A stretch of DNA of 64,000 bases from an uncultured bacterium (GTDB lineage: Bacteria > Oederibacteriota > Oederibacteriia > Oederibacteriales > Oederibacteriaceae). Each line of letters starts with the position of its first letter. Position 1 is the first letter of the stretch. Location: contig OZ218778.1 of NCBI GenBank assembly GCA_965112635.1, positions 480,001 to 544,000 of the forward strand, read 5' to 3'. The position numbers were made by a program, and so were the translations under genes. Under the pieces are notes generated by a model, which was not told the DNA's origin, did no database searches, and saw only the letters and a program-made list of their open reading frames with translations. Shown piece by piece: positions 1-9,059 of this stretch.

Positions 1-924
1 TTCCTTCAATTTAACCTTTGGCTTCCAGCCCAGGATCTTCCTGGCCTTGGAATAATCGCCCTGCAACAGGTTGACCTCGGCGGGCCTGTAAAAATCCTTG
101 TCCACCTTGACGTATTTTTTCCAGTCCAGGCCCGCATGGCCGAAAGCAAGCTGGACAAACTCCCTGACGCTGTGCGTTTCTCCGGTGGCGATCACATAAT
201 CATCCGGCTTGCTCTGGTGCAGCATCAGCCACATGGCCTCGATGTAATCCCTGGAAAAACCCCAGTCCCGTTTCGCTTCCAGGTTGCCCAGCCTCAGCTC
301 ACGGGCCAGCCCGCATTTGATCTGCGCGACCGCGTGGGTGATCTTGCGCGTCACGAACTCAAAACCTCTCCGGGGAGATTCGTGGTTGAACAGGATGCCG
401 CTGCAGCAGAACATGCCGTAACCTTCCCGGTAATTGCGGGTCAGATCAAAACCAGCGACCTTGGATATGCCGTAGGGAGACCGGGGATGGAACGGGGTAT
501 CCTCGTTCTGGGGAATCTCCCTGGCTTTGCCGAACATTTCACTGGAGGCGGCAAAATAAAACTTGCACTTCGGAGCCGATTCCCTGATGGCGGTAAGAAT
601 ATGATGGGTGCCGTTGATGTTCGTATTGAGGGTGGAGAACTCGTCCTCAAAGGAATAGCTCACGAAACTCTGGGCCGCCAGATGGTAGCATTCATCGGGC
701 TTTATCTTGAGGATGACCTTGAACAGGCTGGGGAAGCTTTCCAGGGACCCGGCATGCAGGGTGATCTTGTTTAAAATATGCCTAATTCTCCACATCTGGT
801 GTTCCGGGTCTTCCAAAGCGACCCGCCTGACGATCCCATGGACCTGGTAACCTTTTTTAAGCAAGAATTCTGATAAATAAGAGCCGTCCTGGCCGTCAAT
901 TCCCGTGATCAGAGCCTTTTTCAT
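1..924 (-). CDS. gmd: GDP-mannose 4,6-dehydratase (3' end runs off window)
   Basis: Manual minus-strand translation from ATG at 924: MKKALITGIDGQDGSYLSEFLL...YHLAAQSFVSYSF...ASSEMFG. Absent from the ORF track because the stop lies outside the window. Confidence 0.92.
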   Translation of the reverse strand, partial: MKKALITGIDGQDGSYLSEFLLKKGYQVHGIVRRVALEDPEHQMWRIRHILNKITLHAGSLESFPSLFKVILKIKPDECYHLAAQSFVSYSFEDEFSTLNTNINGTHHILTAIRESAPKCKFYFAASSEMFGKAREIPQNEDTPFHPRSPYGISKVAGFDLTRNYREGYGMFCCSGILFNHESPRRGFEFVTRKITHAVAQIKCGLARELRLGNLEAKRDWGFSRDYIEAMWLMLHQSKPDDYVIATGETHSVREFVQLAFGHAGLDWKKYVKVDKDFYRPAEVNLLQGDYSKARKILGWKPKVKLKE

Positions 925-990
925 ATCTTCTCAGTTCCCCTCCCCGTAAGTTTTGCTGGTCTGTGCGCGATCTTTAAAAACTAGAATTAC

Positions 991-1028
991 ATTTTAGCCT
1001 GTTTTGAGGGTATAAACTACCCCAAACC
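991..1028 (-). promoter_or_regulatory. Promoter-like element upstream of gmd, copy 1 of a duplicated ~38 bp motif
   Basis: ATTTTAGCCTGTTTTGAGGGTATAAACTACCCCAAAC; the minus strand ends in a -10-like TAAAAT; near-identical copy at 3933-3969. Confidence 0.5.
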
Positions 1029-1122
1029 TGCACTTTTGCCACGGTACCCACTAAGATTTTTAGATAGAGATGTGATAAAATTTGTTCAATTGTACTAAAA
1101 CAAACTTGGATATTGCTAGGAG

Positions 1123-1434
1123 ATGGGAAAAATGCCTGTTCAAATTACCGTTGACGACAAAAAAATAGCCGATTTCTGCGTGCGGAACCATATCAGGAAA
1201 CTATCCTTTTTCGGATCGGTGTTGGAGGAAAAATTCAGGCCGGACAGCGATATTGACGTTTTGTTGGAATTCGATACCCAATATCCTGTTGGTTTCAGGA
1301 TCATTGACATGGAAGAAGAGCTTTCCCGTCTGTTGGACGGCCACAGGGTGGATATTGTAAATGCTAAATACCTTAATCCCCGCATGAGGAACAATGTGTT
1401 GGCCGGGGCGGAAATGCACTATGCCCAGGGATGA
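1123..1434 (+). CDS. Minimal nucleotidyltransferase (MNT) antitoxin
   Basis: GS-x10-DxD motif (FGSVLEEKFRPDSDID), about 100 aa, overlaps the HEPN gene. Confidence 0.88.
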   Translation: MGKMPVQITVDDKKIADFCVRNHIRKLSFFGSVLEEKFRPDSDIDVLLEFDTQYPVGFRIIDMEEELSRLLDGHRVDIVNAKYLNPRMRNNVLAGAEMHYAQG

Positions 1435-1759
1435 AATGATTTATCTGGGGCATATGCTGGATATGACCCAAAAGGCGGTTGATTCGCTAAGAGGAAAATC
1501 CCGTGCCGATTATGATGGGGATGAAATTCTAAGACTGGCCTTGGCTCACCTGGTGCAGACCATCGGAGAAGCAGCTTCCCACGTGTCAAAAGATACTCAC
1601 GCGAAATACCCCAATATCCCATGGAAAAAAATTATCGGGATGCGGCACAAAGTCGTTCACGACTATATGTATGTGGATTATGACATCCTGTGGGACGTTG
1701 TTTCCATTGAGCTTCCCGCCATTATTCCTCAACTCAAAAAAACATTGGGCATTAATTAA
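1421..1759 (+). CDS. HepT-like HEPN (DUF86) RNase toxin
   Basis: IGEA and IPWKKIIGMRHKVVHDY (Rx4HxY). Start placed at ATG 1421 (MPRDEM). Confidence 0.88.
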   Translation: MPRDEMIYLGHMLDMTQKAVDSLRGKSRADYDGDEILRLALAHLVQTIGEAASHVSKDTHAKYPNIPWKKIIGMRHKVVHDYMYVDYDILWDVVSIELPAIIPQLKKTLGIN

Positions 1760-1784
1760 GCGCTGCGGCACTGTGCCGCCTCCG

Positions 1785-1851
1785 TGTCATGCCGAGGCCA
1801 GCTGAAGGCTGGCCTCGGCAATCAACCCCTTTTAAATGCCAGATTGCTTCG
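1785..1851. repeat. Intergenic palindromic REP/RPE-like element
   Basis: TGTCATGCCGAGGCCAGC...GCTGGCCTCGGCAATC...AGATTGCTTCG; a related half occurs at 22442-22472. Confidence 0.5.
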
Positions 1852-3439
1852 TCCTCAGCCCTTTGACCGCCTGGTCCGCGATACGCATGGCTATGGCCAT
1901 GATGGCGAAAGACAGGTTCTTGGCTGGAAGCACCGGAAATACTCCGGCATCAGCCACATAAACATTTTTGGTGCAAGCCAGTTTGCCATCGGCTTCGGTC
2001 CGGTAAATGAGGTTCGGGTCATTGCTCATAGCTAAAGTCCCGGCGTAATGGATGCCGTTCCCCGGTGAGGGGTACTGGACCAGGGAACTGTGGGACAAAA
2101 ACCCCGCCTTGCGGAAAAGTTTGATGAGATGCTCCTCTACCTTCCCCACTTGGGGCGGCCGGCTATAGAATACCGAGAGCGCCCCATTGGGTTCTAATTT
2201 TAAATAATTGTCCGGGTTGGGCTCATCCTGGTAAAAAAGCTGCAGCACTGAAATAGCGGGAAGCACATATTTGCTGGCCATCAGGTTGCCCCGCCCAGCC
2301 AGGGGCAGGTCCCGGAATATATCCGAAGCCAGGGGCGAACTGATCCCGAAATAGCTGGCCTGCACATAGCTGTCCCACAGGGGGCCCTCATAAACCGCGT
2401 TGAGCTGGACCAACCCTGTGCTTTGTTCTTCTATCGGGTATCCCAGAAACCGCGGATGCAAAAACGGGATCAGGCTGATCTGGTTTTCCAGCAAAGGCAA
2501 ATGTGTTTTAAAGTCGTTGTAGGACTGCAAAACGATCCTGGCGCTGTTGAGCGTGCCTGCGCCCAGGATCAATTTTTTCGCCTCAAATCGTTCCTCGGTC
2601 CCTTTCCTGAGATTTTTGACCGATACTGCGACCCCGTCGTCCGTGTCTTCGAATTTTTCCACCAGGCACTGGTCCGCATATTCTATCTTTTTATCGGCTA
2701 TCAATTTTTTCATGGTCATGGCCGGAGAGTATATATATGGTAGGTCTGCCTGCCAAAAAGTAAGATTGTCGTAGTTGCAGGCAGGCCGGTCTGGGAGCGG
2801 TTCGCTGAGCAGACAAACTCTGGAATGGCCCAGAGTAAATCCGTTCCTGCGGAAACAGGATTTTTTAGCCTGGTATTTTTGCAGCAGATGAGCGGACAAG
2901 GTATCCAACCTTAAAGGTTTTTGCAGTCCTGTCCCCGGCCCCAAATGGCCGGCCATGTCATCCACGGCTCCGCTGACCCCTACTTCCCGGGTCAGAATAT
3001 CGAAGTAAGGCTCCAGATCTTTGCCTTTAAAAGGGAACTGCTTGAGATCCTTGTCCAGGTAGCGGTAAACTCCCCCGCCCCAGGCATTGGCCAGGCCTCC
3101 CAGAGCAAAACTTTGTACCGGGTCAAACCCCTGTTTGTTGAGTGGAGCCAGCTCTGTGGTCCGGTCTATGACATATCGGAAACGCGGAGCTTTGAGTTTG
3201 GAGGTCATATAGCTGTGATGCAGGTTATGCAGAGACTCGTACTGCGGCCCGAGCAGGTATTGCCTTTGGTTCTCGTCCTTTTCCCTGAGCTCAAAAATAT
3301 TTTTGGACAGCACCGGTTCTGGCCCGGGTTTTATGCCCACATCCAGGACCAAGGGCTTGAACCCTCTTTGGACCGCCTGGTAAGCTGCCCAGGCTCCGCT
3401 GCACCCTGAACCCACAATGATCAAATCATGAATGGGCAT
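1832..3439 (-). CDS. FAD-dependent GMC-family oxidoreductase
   Basis: IIVGSGCSG Rossmann motif, LGGLANAWGG, LGAGTLNS, C-terminal HYAGT...NVYVADAGVFP. Confidence 0.85.
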   Translation of the reverse strand: MPIHDLIIVGSGCSGAWAAYQAVQRGFKPLVLDVGIKPGPEPVLSKNIFELREKDENQRQYLLGPQYESLHNLHHSYMTSKLKAPRFRYVIDRTTELAPLNKQGFDPVQSFALGGLANAWGGGVYRYLDKDLKQFPFKGKDLEPYFDILTREVGVSGAVDDMAGHLGPGTGLQKPLRLDTLSAHLLQKYQAKKSCFRRNGFTLGHSRVCLLSEPLPDRPACNYDNLTFWQADLPYIYSPAMTMKKLIADKKIEYADQCLVEKFEDTDDGVAVSVKNLRKGTEERFEAKKLILGAGTLNSARIVLQSYNDFKTHLPLLENQISLIPFLHPRFLGYPIEEQSTGLVQLNAVYEGPLWDSYVQASYFGISSPLASDIFRDLPLAGRGNLMASKYVLPAISVLQLFYQDEPNPDNYLKLEPNGALSVFYSRPPQVGKVEEHLIKLFRKAGFLSHSSLVQYPSPGNGIHYAGTLAMSNDPNLIYRTEADGKLACTKNVYVADAGVFPVLPAKNLSFAIMAIAMRIADQAVKGLRTKQSGI

Positions 3440-3881
3440 GGATTAGCTCCCGGAAAAGCTTGGTCTTTAATAACATAGTTCCCTTGGTCACCTTGTAAGC
3501 CGACCGGACACCCTGATACGCCATCACCAGACAAGCCTTGAACCATGATTTCCTGCGGTTCACGAACAAATGAAAATACCTGCGGTCCGTCTCCACCAAA
3601 TAGAACAGTATTTGCATTTTTTTGGACAAAGGATTATTTTTATCGCGAACGCGCCAAGCGTACTCCACAGCTTCCAAGTCATAATATTTTTCCACTGCCC
3701 GGGCCAGCCGGGTTTGCCACAAGGAAATCTCTGCATCCGTAAAAACAATGCGGTGGGCTTCCTGATAAGCTCGGACTATGCTCGCGTCAGGCTTAAATCC
3801 AAAAACCTCCTGGCACAGCCATCCACATTCTTTCTCTAAAATAATCCCCATCTCATTTTCCCCGTTTGTCTTATCCGGCAT
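3426..3881 (-). CDS. Hypothetical protein coupled to the GMC oxidoreductase
   Basis: ORF overlaps the GMC start; likely start MPDKTN (3881) after a purine-rich RBS. Confidence 0.65.
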   Translation of the reverse strand: MPDKTNGENEMGIILEKECGWLCQEVFGFKPDASIVRAYQEAHRIVFTDAEISLWQTRLARAVEKYYDLEAVEYAWRVRDKNNPLSKKMQILFYLVETDRRYFHLFVNRRKSWFKACLVMAYQGVRSAYKVTKGTMLLKTKLFRELIHAHS

Positions 3882-3932
3882 ATCTTTCCCTTTTTCCTTG
3901 CAGACTCTTAAAAACATGAAAAACAAAACCTT

Positions 3933-3969
3933 ATTTTAGCCTGTTTTGGGGGCGTAAACTACCCCAAAC
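3933..3969 (-). promoter_or_regulatory. Promoter-like element, copy 2
   Basis: ATTTTAGCCTGTTTTGGGGGCGTAAACTACCCCAAAC, upstream of the hypothetical/GMC unit. Confidence 0.5.
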
Positions 3970-4165
3970 ACACCACTTCCAGGGGCTAATTTATCAAGGG
4001 TTCCAGGGGAGTTTCAATAGGGGATGGGGGGGAGGCGGGATGTCAAATGTCAGACCTGCCCTCCGTAGTGTTTTAAAGGGGGGACGCGACCCCGGGTGTT
4101 CTCTCAGCACCCCCTTGTGGGGTGGTTCTAGAACTACCGAACTAGCGTCTCCGATGCAATGGCCG

Positions 4166-4882
4166 CTACCTAGAGTTTTGTGGTATGCCCTGATTAGCGG
4201 GAGCTGGTGGTCTTAACTGGGGACCATTAAGAACAGCATCCACAAACCGATTCCTTGTTAAAGCGACAATAATTGCATTTCCATCCTTACGGTCAGGATG
4301 CAATTGCCAGAGAACATTTCGCTTTTGATCCTGGTCATACTTTAATACAAACCCCAGAAAATCGAAAAACACCGACACTCGGCTATTGAGCCAGGCGACA
4401 GGAAGGCATTTTTCAGGATTGGGAACTAAGTAATAATCAATCTTGTTTGTGCGTTTAAAACTACCAAAACCCTTTTGAAAACGAGGATAGTCTCTCTTTA
4501 GCCGCGTCCCATCAACAACCCATGCCATTTTTCCATAGAAAGCCTCACGGCTTTGCACCTCACTAGCCTTGATCGCAGAATGCTGAAATTCTATTACGAA
4601 CCCATTCTTAGCCTTTATATCTGCAATATGTTTTTCTCCAGTTGTATCTGTATGGATTACCTCCTGCCAATTATCAGGAAAATGTTCTTTCCATTTTCTG
4701 TGCCACTCTGTTTCATTTTCCCACCAATGATCACAGTCTGCGGTTCTTTTGTGAGCCCAATGCCAGACCTTTACCAGCCCGCACTTGGCGATCATTTCAC
4801 TTTCGCAATATCTGCAAGTACCCCGCAGCCCTCGCTGAGCCTCTACCTTGTTTCCATTTACCTTAGCAAATTTCATATTCAT
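4166..4882 (-). CDS. CoiA-like protein (Zn-binding N-terminus plus PD-(D/E)XK nuclease-like domain)
   Basis: CRYC...AKCG...WHWAH...C...ETEWH; HIADIK...VIEFQHS. Confidence 0.8.
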   Translation of the reverse strand: MNMKFAKVNGNKVEAQRGLRGTCRYCESEMIAKCGLVKVWHWAHKRTADCDHWWENETEWHRKWKEHFPDNWQEVIHTDTTGEKHIADIKAKNGFVIEFQHSAIKASEVQSREAFYGKMAWVVDGTRLKRDYPRFQKGFGSFKRTNKIDYYLVPNPEKCLPVAWLNSRVSVFFDFLGFVLKYDQDQKRNVLWQLHPDRKDGNAIIVALTRNRFVDAVLNGPQLRPPAPANQGIPQNSR

Positions 4883-4911
4883 TTCCTTTTAACACCAAAA
4901 ATAAGTCTTAA

Positions 4912-5082
4912 TTACTTTTGCGAACCGTTTTTTTCTAATAATGAACGGATATTTTTTAAATGCTCTTCTATTTTATCTAACTTGAAATACCAAAGGACAA
5001 TGCTTCGAAAAATATAAAACAATGAAATCATAATAGCCAAAACTATAATAAAAGCTACTAAGTAGGCCACCGCATCAACCAT
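4912..5082 (-). CDS. Small membrane protein (56 aa), not in the ORF track
   Basis: AAGGAGG RBS then MVDAVAYLVAFIIVLAIMISLFYIFRSIVLWYFKLDKIEEHLKNIRSLLEKNGSQK*. Confidence 0.65.
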   Translation of the reverse strand: MVDAVAYLVAFIIVLAIMISLFYIFRSIVLWYFKLDKIEEHLKNIRSLLEKNGSQK

Positions 5083-5312
5083 AAAATCCTCCTTTAAAAT
5101 AAAATCGAAACACCATTAAAACTACATATTGATTTTACGCCCACTGCTATTCCTGTCAAACATTTCACCCAAATATCTATTTCGGCGTTACGGCGATTGC
5201 CGAAACGCCGAAGGAGATTTGGTAGCGATAAAAGAAGAGGAATTACTGGTTGGGAGTAAAAGGGTGGAAAGAGGCGACTGCTAGACCTTATAACTGAAGA
5301 CCTGACCCCCAT

Positions 5313-6257
5313 TTACAATAATTTTCCTTGGTTTTTATTAGCATATGCTAAATGCCGTAAGTTGTAGAATTGATCCTTTTTAAAATAAATATCCTGACTA
5401 ATTATTTGTTTCTTGGATAATTTATTTTTAGGAAAGAAGGATAATCCATATTTTTTATAATACACACTTTTAAAATTAGATGCATTAAACTCCATAATCT
5501 GTATTGGTAATGAGTTTTGCAACATTTTCTCCGCACAGTTACATTTTCCTTGATGTTCCGAGGTATTATCCAATATCTGCCCAAAGGTCCCTGTAATTAA
5601 ATCTACGTACTGAATAATATGACTCTGTTCTTTATATAATGCTTCCTTCTCATGATCCGAATCCACTTCCAATATTTCATGGTTCTCAAATTTGATATGT
5701 TCATCATTAATAAAAGCTTTAGTGCCAATCTCAAAAATTGGTTTAGTGTGAAAATTGTCCTCAGATTCTCTGGTTTTTGAATCAGAATAAATATTTTTTA
5801 TTGTTACCTTATCAAATCCAGCGGACTTATTTAGAAAAAACCATTTTAAAGCACCATATAATCCTATTTGGAAAAATCTATTATAGATTTTAAAATCCCT
5901 GGTTTGATTATCATTCCATAAAGATTTATCCACTTTTGTCAAATCTACCCCAAAAAAATAAAAATAACTTGATTTCATATTTTGATTACAAAATAAATTT
6001 AACCATCTATTTGCCAAATCATTCTGCGTCAGCGTATTGTTCAGCTTATGAAAATGCAATTCTTTGTTCCACGTGCTTTTTTCACGTTGCTGCAAAAGAG
6101 AACCAACGAATTTGTCTTCTTTATCAAACGGTATAAATAAATAACCGTGATATAACCACGATTTCGATAATATTCTTTCATCATGAAAAACATTGCATTT
6201 AATTTCTTTATTTTGTACAGGAATATTAAAAAGATCCACATTCATTTCAGTAAGCAA
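5313..6257 (-). CDS. DUF3800-like protein (predicted RNase H-like fold)
   Basis: N-terminal FHDE, central KELHF and late QYVDL resemble the DUF3800 YxDE / ELH / QxAD motifs. AT-rich. Confidence 0.55.
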   Translation of the reverse strand: MLTEMNVDLFNIPVQNKEIKCNVFHDERILSKSWLYHGYLFIPFDKEDKFVGSLLQQREKSTWNKELHFHKLNNTLTQNDLANRWLNLFCNQNMKSSYFYFFGVDLTKVDKSLWNDNQTRDFKIYNRFFQIGLYGALKWFFLNKSAGFDKVTIKNIYSDSKTRESEDNFHTKPIFEIGTKAFINDEHIKFENHEILEVDSDHEKEALYKEQSHIIQYVDLITGTFGQILDNTSEHQGKCNCAEKMLQNSLPIQIMEFNASNFKSVYYKKYGLSFFPKNKLSKKQIISQDIYFKKDQFYNLRHLAYANKNQGKLL

Positions 6258-6264
6258 CCATGTT

Positions 6265-7926
6265 CTAGTCCTGCTTATAAGCTGGCTTTGGAAAAATAAC
6301 CTTCACTGGCTGACGAAATATTGCATGCTGAACGAGTAGCTCCCCTTTGGTTAATCTTGTCACCGAAGACTTTAATTCCTGTTCTAAAAATCGGTAATCC
6401 GGTTGCATGATTTCGCTTGATGTACTACGTCCAATTATTTTTGTTGCGGCATTTCCGGTCACGCGTGGATGCACGGCACTCAAAAACTGTTGGGCTGAAA
6501 GCAAAATAACACCAAGAGACCGGCCACGTTCTGATATATCAAGTATCTGTTCAATAAGTGGAGATTCCTTACCACCGGAAGGTGCGTATTTATTGAGCTC
6601 GTCTACAAAAATCAATACTTTCTTGGGAAGATTAAGTGTTTCATCAGACTCTGCAAACATTTCATAAATATTTCGTATCACATCTCCGAAAACGAAAGCC
6701 TGTTCATGATCTAGTAATTTTGCTATATCAATAACATATGTATGTCCGCCTTCTATTTTATGTATTTCATCTGCCAGGTGGTGCTCTAGACGTGTGCGAC
6801 GGTCCGTAAAAAGACCCGTAGTACGCGTCTTTACCATTCGGCGAAGGTGTCTCCGAAACTTACCGACAGAACTGGGTTTTATGTCACCTATTCCTTGGGA
6901 TTTTCCAGAATCAGCAAGAGGATATCCGTCCAGAAGGCTACTCCAATCCTGAACTTTAGCAAACGGTGATTTCGCTGTCTTATTCATTAAACCGCTCGAT
7001 ATTTCTCCTATAAGGGAATCAATAGTTTCTGTTGGATCAGGAATGCTGGAAAATAGTAAATCCAGCTTATCCGCAGAGTCATTTAATTCATAAGCATAAA
7101 CTTTGTGTTGATTTGGCCTGACAAAACTATTGGCCTCTCCATTTTTAGCTCGAGGCAAATAGTAATGGACATTCTGAAATGGTTTTGGCTCTAACCCAAG
7201 ACGCAGCCAAAGACCCTTTTGCTCTTCACTTAAATCTTTTGGCGGCTCATCAATCTTAAGCAAATCTCCATGCTTAACATTTAAAATGATAACAGCGACT
7301 TCCGATGATTCAATTTTTTGAATAATAGACTGTAGTAAAAACATTGCATAACTTGTTTTAGTAGCCAGCCCACTAATCCCTGAAATATTGACGTGAGCCG
7401 ATTCGGGACCGATTACATAATCTTTATCAAGATAAACTACTGCCTCAACATCGTTACTCATTTTAATTAGTCCGGCAGGGATCCGATTCTCTTGTTTCAT
7501 AGTGTCTATTCCTAAAGCCGCATGGATGCCTGACTCGTCAGCAAACCGAACATTTCTTTCATTTTCAATGGGCATGTAGATTCCATCTTTAGTTGTTCCA
7601 TCAGAATTTTTGCCACCGCCGTCATTCATCATAACGTTAGCTTTAGCAAGAGTTGCTCCCACCCGTGGCGTATTTGGCTCTTCCGCAACTGATCCAAAAT
7701 TATTTGACACAAAATTCGCGAGATGACTTGCAGCGTCCGTCCTGTGCTCCAGACCAGCGATTAGCCCATATGTTTTACTTCCGTTAAAATGTTCCGATTC
7801 AACAATGTCAAAAGGATTTACAAGAACATTCGCAGTTATCCAGAAATTAAACTTGTCGGCTGTAGTTGGTTCCTTGTCTGTCGCTGATGTCCTCCCGATT
7901 ATCGGATTTTCTTTCTTATCACTCAT
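6265..7926 (-). CDS. herA: HerA/FtsK-superfamily ATPase (DUF87-type HerA with N-terminal HAS-barrel-like region)
   Basis: Variant Walker A SGISGLATKTS, Walker B IFVDELNKYAP, ERGRSLG, SAQQF. Start MSDKK after GAGGAGGT. Confidence 0.85.
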   Translation of the reverse strand: MSDKKENPIIGRTSATDKEPTTADKFNFWITANVLVNPFDIVESEHFNGSKTYGLIAGLEHRTDAASHLANFVSNNFGSVAEEPNTPRVGATLAKANVMMNDGGGKNSDGTTKDGIYMPIENERNVRFADESGIHAALGIDTMKQENRIPAGLIKMSNDVEAVVYLDKDYVIGPESAHVNISGISGLATKTSYAMFLLQSIIQKIESSEVAVIILNVKHGDLLKIDEPPKDLSEEQKGLWLRLGLEPKPFQNVHYYLPRAKNGEANSFVRPNQHKVYAYELNDSADKLDLLFSSIPDPTETIDSLIGEISSGLMNKTAKSPFAKVQDWSSLLDGYPLADSGKSQGIGDIKPSSVGKFRRHLRRMVKTRTTGLFTDRRTRLEHHLADEIHKIEGGHTYVIDIAKLLDHEQAFVFGDVIRNIYEMFAESDETLNLPKKVLIFVDELNKYAPSGGKESPLIEQILDISERGRSLGVILLSAQQFLSAVHPRVTGNAATKIIGRSTSSEIMQPDYRFLEQELKSSVTRLTKGELLVQHAIFRQPVKVIFPKPAYKQD

Positions 7927-7931
7927 ATACG

Positions 7932-9059
7932 CTACCTCCTCAAAGCAGAATTTATACAACCTTGGATAACTTCCGTAGAAAAGAACAACTGTTTTGAAGC
8001 ATGTTCAGCTTGATAGATAGGGTAAAGATGAGAATGCCAACGATCATCTGATCCATAAGGGGTCACAAATCGCTCTGCGAGTAAGGCTCCTGATATTTGA
8101 TCCAAAAGCTCTGTTGTTAAAGGTTGTTCTTCAAGAATAGGAATCTCTACCTTTATTACGCCAAATAAGGGGTATAAAACCTGCTGTGATTTCCTTAATC
8201 TTAAATACCAGAATGCAGTTTTGCCCCCATATCCTTCATACGCAGCAGTTCGATTATTTTGTGGCAGATTACCAAGTAAGGAAACTACGCTCTCACTCTG
8301 CCTAGCTTTACCTTGCTGAGAATAAAATTTTTGTACAGTTGTAAAATTTTTTGCTACTCCAATTACCTTGGGGCTTTGCATGCCACCGCCAAAATGACCG
8401 AAGGAGACAAGACCATCCTTTAAAAGCCATCCATCGGGAACCTTATCACGAAATTCTTTAGCAATTTCAAACTCCATGGTGCTCATCAAATGTCTTGTTT
8501 TGCTCCTTCCCCTTTCTCTTAAATCCTGCGTTTCCAGGAATTCACCGCTAAGGGCATCAAGTTCAATTAAATCTTTAATAATAATATTTACCCCTGCATC
8601 TTTAGTTGAGTCTTGTATTTTTTGCCACGCCAACTCTGATACTCTTGATTTAGCTATCAAAAGAAACCACTGATGTCTCTTGAAAACAGAAGTTAACCTT
8701 CCCTCACCACTACGTTTTAAAATAGTAACTGATATTTGAGAAAGGAATATCGGGGTTGCGCGGTCATGTTCAAGGCCGGTTGCCAGAAAATAATGCCGGT
8801 AGGAGCCGTCGAGAAAATACCTGAAAAAATGATTTTGTTCTCTAGTTATTGGCTGTAGTTCCTTGTATTTCCATGTTGGTTTGGGAACTTCAAGTAAAGA
8901 ATCAATTTGCAGGTGATCGCCAACGAGTTTAGTGTCATCCCTTTCTTCTTCTCCAACAAAGGTCATTTCCTCAGTAGCTCCCCCACTAGCGGGAAGTAGC
9001 TCTAGTTGATTAGAAACAACAGACATAATTGATTTAAGGGTACTTACAAATTCCCTCAC
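7932..9059 (-). CDS. NurA-like nuclease
   Basis: FLDGS, LLKDG, GVAK, WYLRLR and a C-terminal HLYPIYQAE motif; lies directly upstream of herA. Confidence 0.7.
   Translation of the reverse strand: MREFVSTLKSIMSVVSNQLELLPASGGATEEMTFVGEEERDDTKLVGDHLQIDSLLEVPKPTWKYKELQPITREQNHFFRYFLDGSYRHYFLATGLEHDRATPIFLSQISVTILKRSGEGRLTSVFKRHQWFLLIAKSRVSELAWQKIQDSTKDAGVNIIIKDLIELDALSGEFLETQDLRERGRSKTRHLMSTMEFEIAKEFRDKVPDGWLLKDGLVSFGHFGGGMQSPKVIGVAKNFTTVQKFYSQQGKARQSESVVSLLGNLPQNNRTAAYEGYGGKTAFWYLRLRKSQQVLYPLFGVIKVEIPILEEQPLTTELLDQISGALLAERFVTPYGSDDRWHSHLYPIYQAEHASKQLFFSTEVIQGCINSALRR

Noticed and set aside
136-774. 212-aa plus-strand ORF
   Set aside because: Antisense shadow of gmd. The same applies to the long plus-strand ORFs opposite ugd, leuS, PPIase/lepB and the helicase.
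4090-4120. TPP riboswitch-like GGGGTGCTGAGA...ACCC on the minus strand
   Set aside because: Lacks the CCTGATC...TAAT 3' half, and no thiamine gene follows.
4080-4152. tRNA-sized multi-stem element
   Set aside because: No D-loop GG, T-loop TTC or anticodon-arm geometry.
5094-5312. 72-aa ORF downstream of the DUF3800-like gene
   Set aside because: Atypical composition and it runs through a long hairpin; more likely non-coding.
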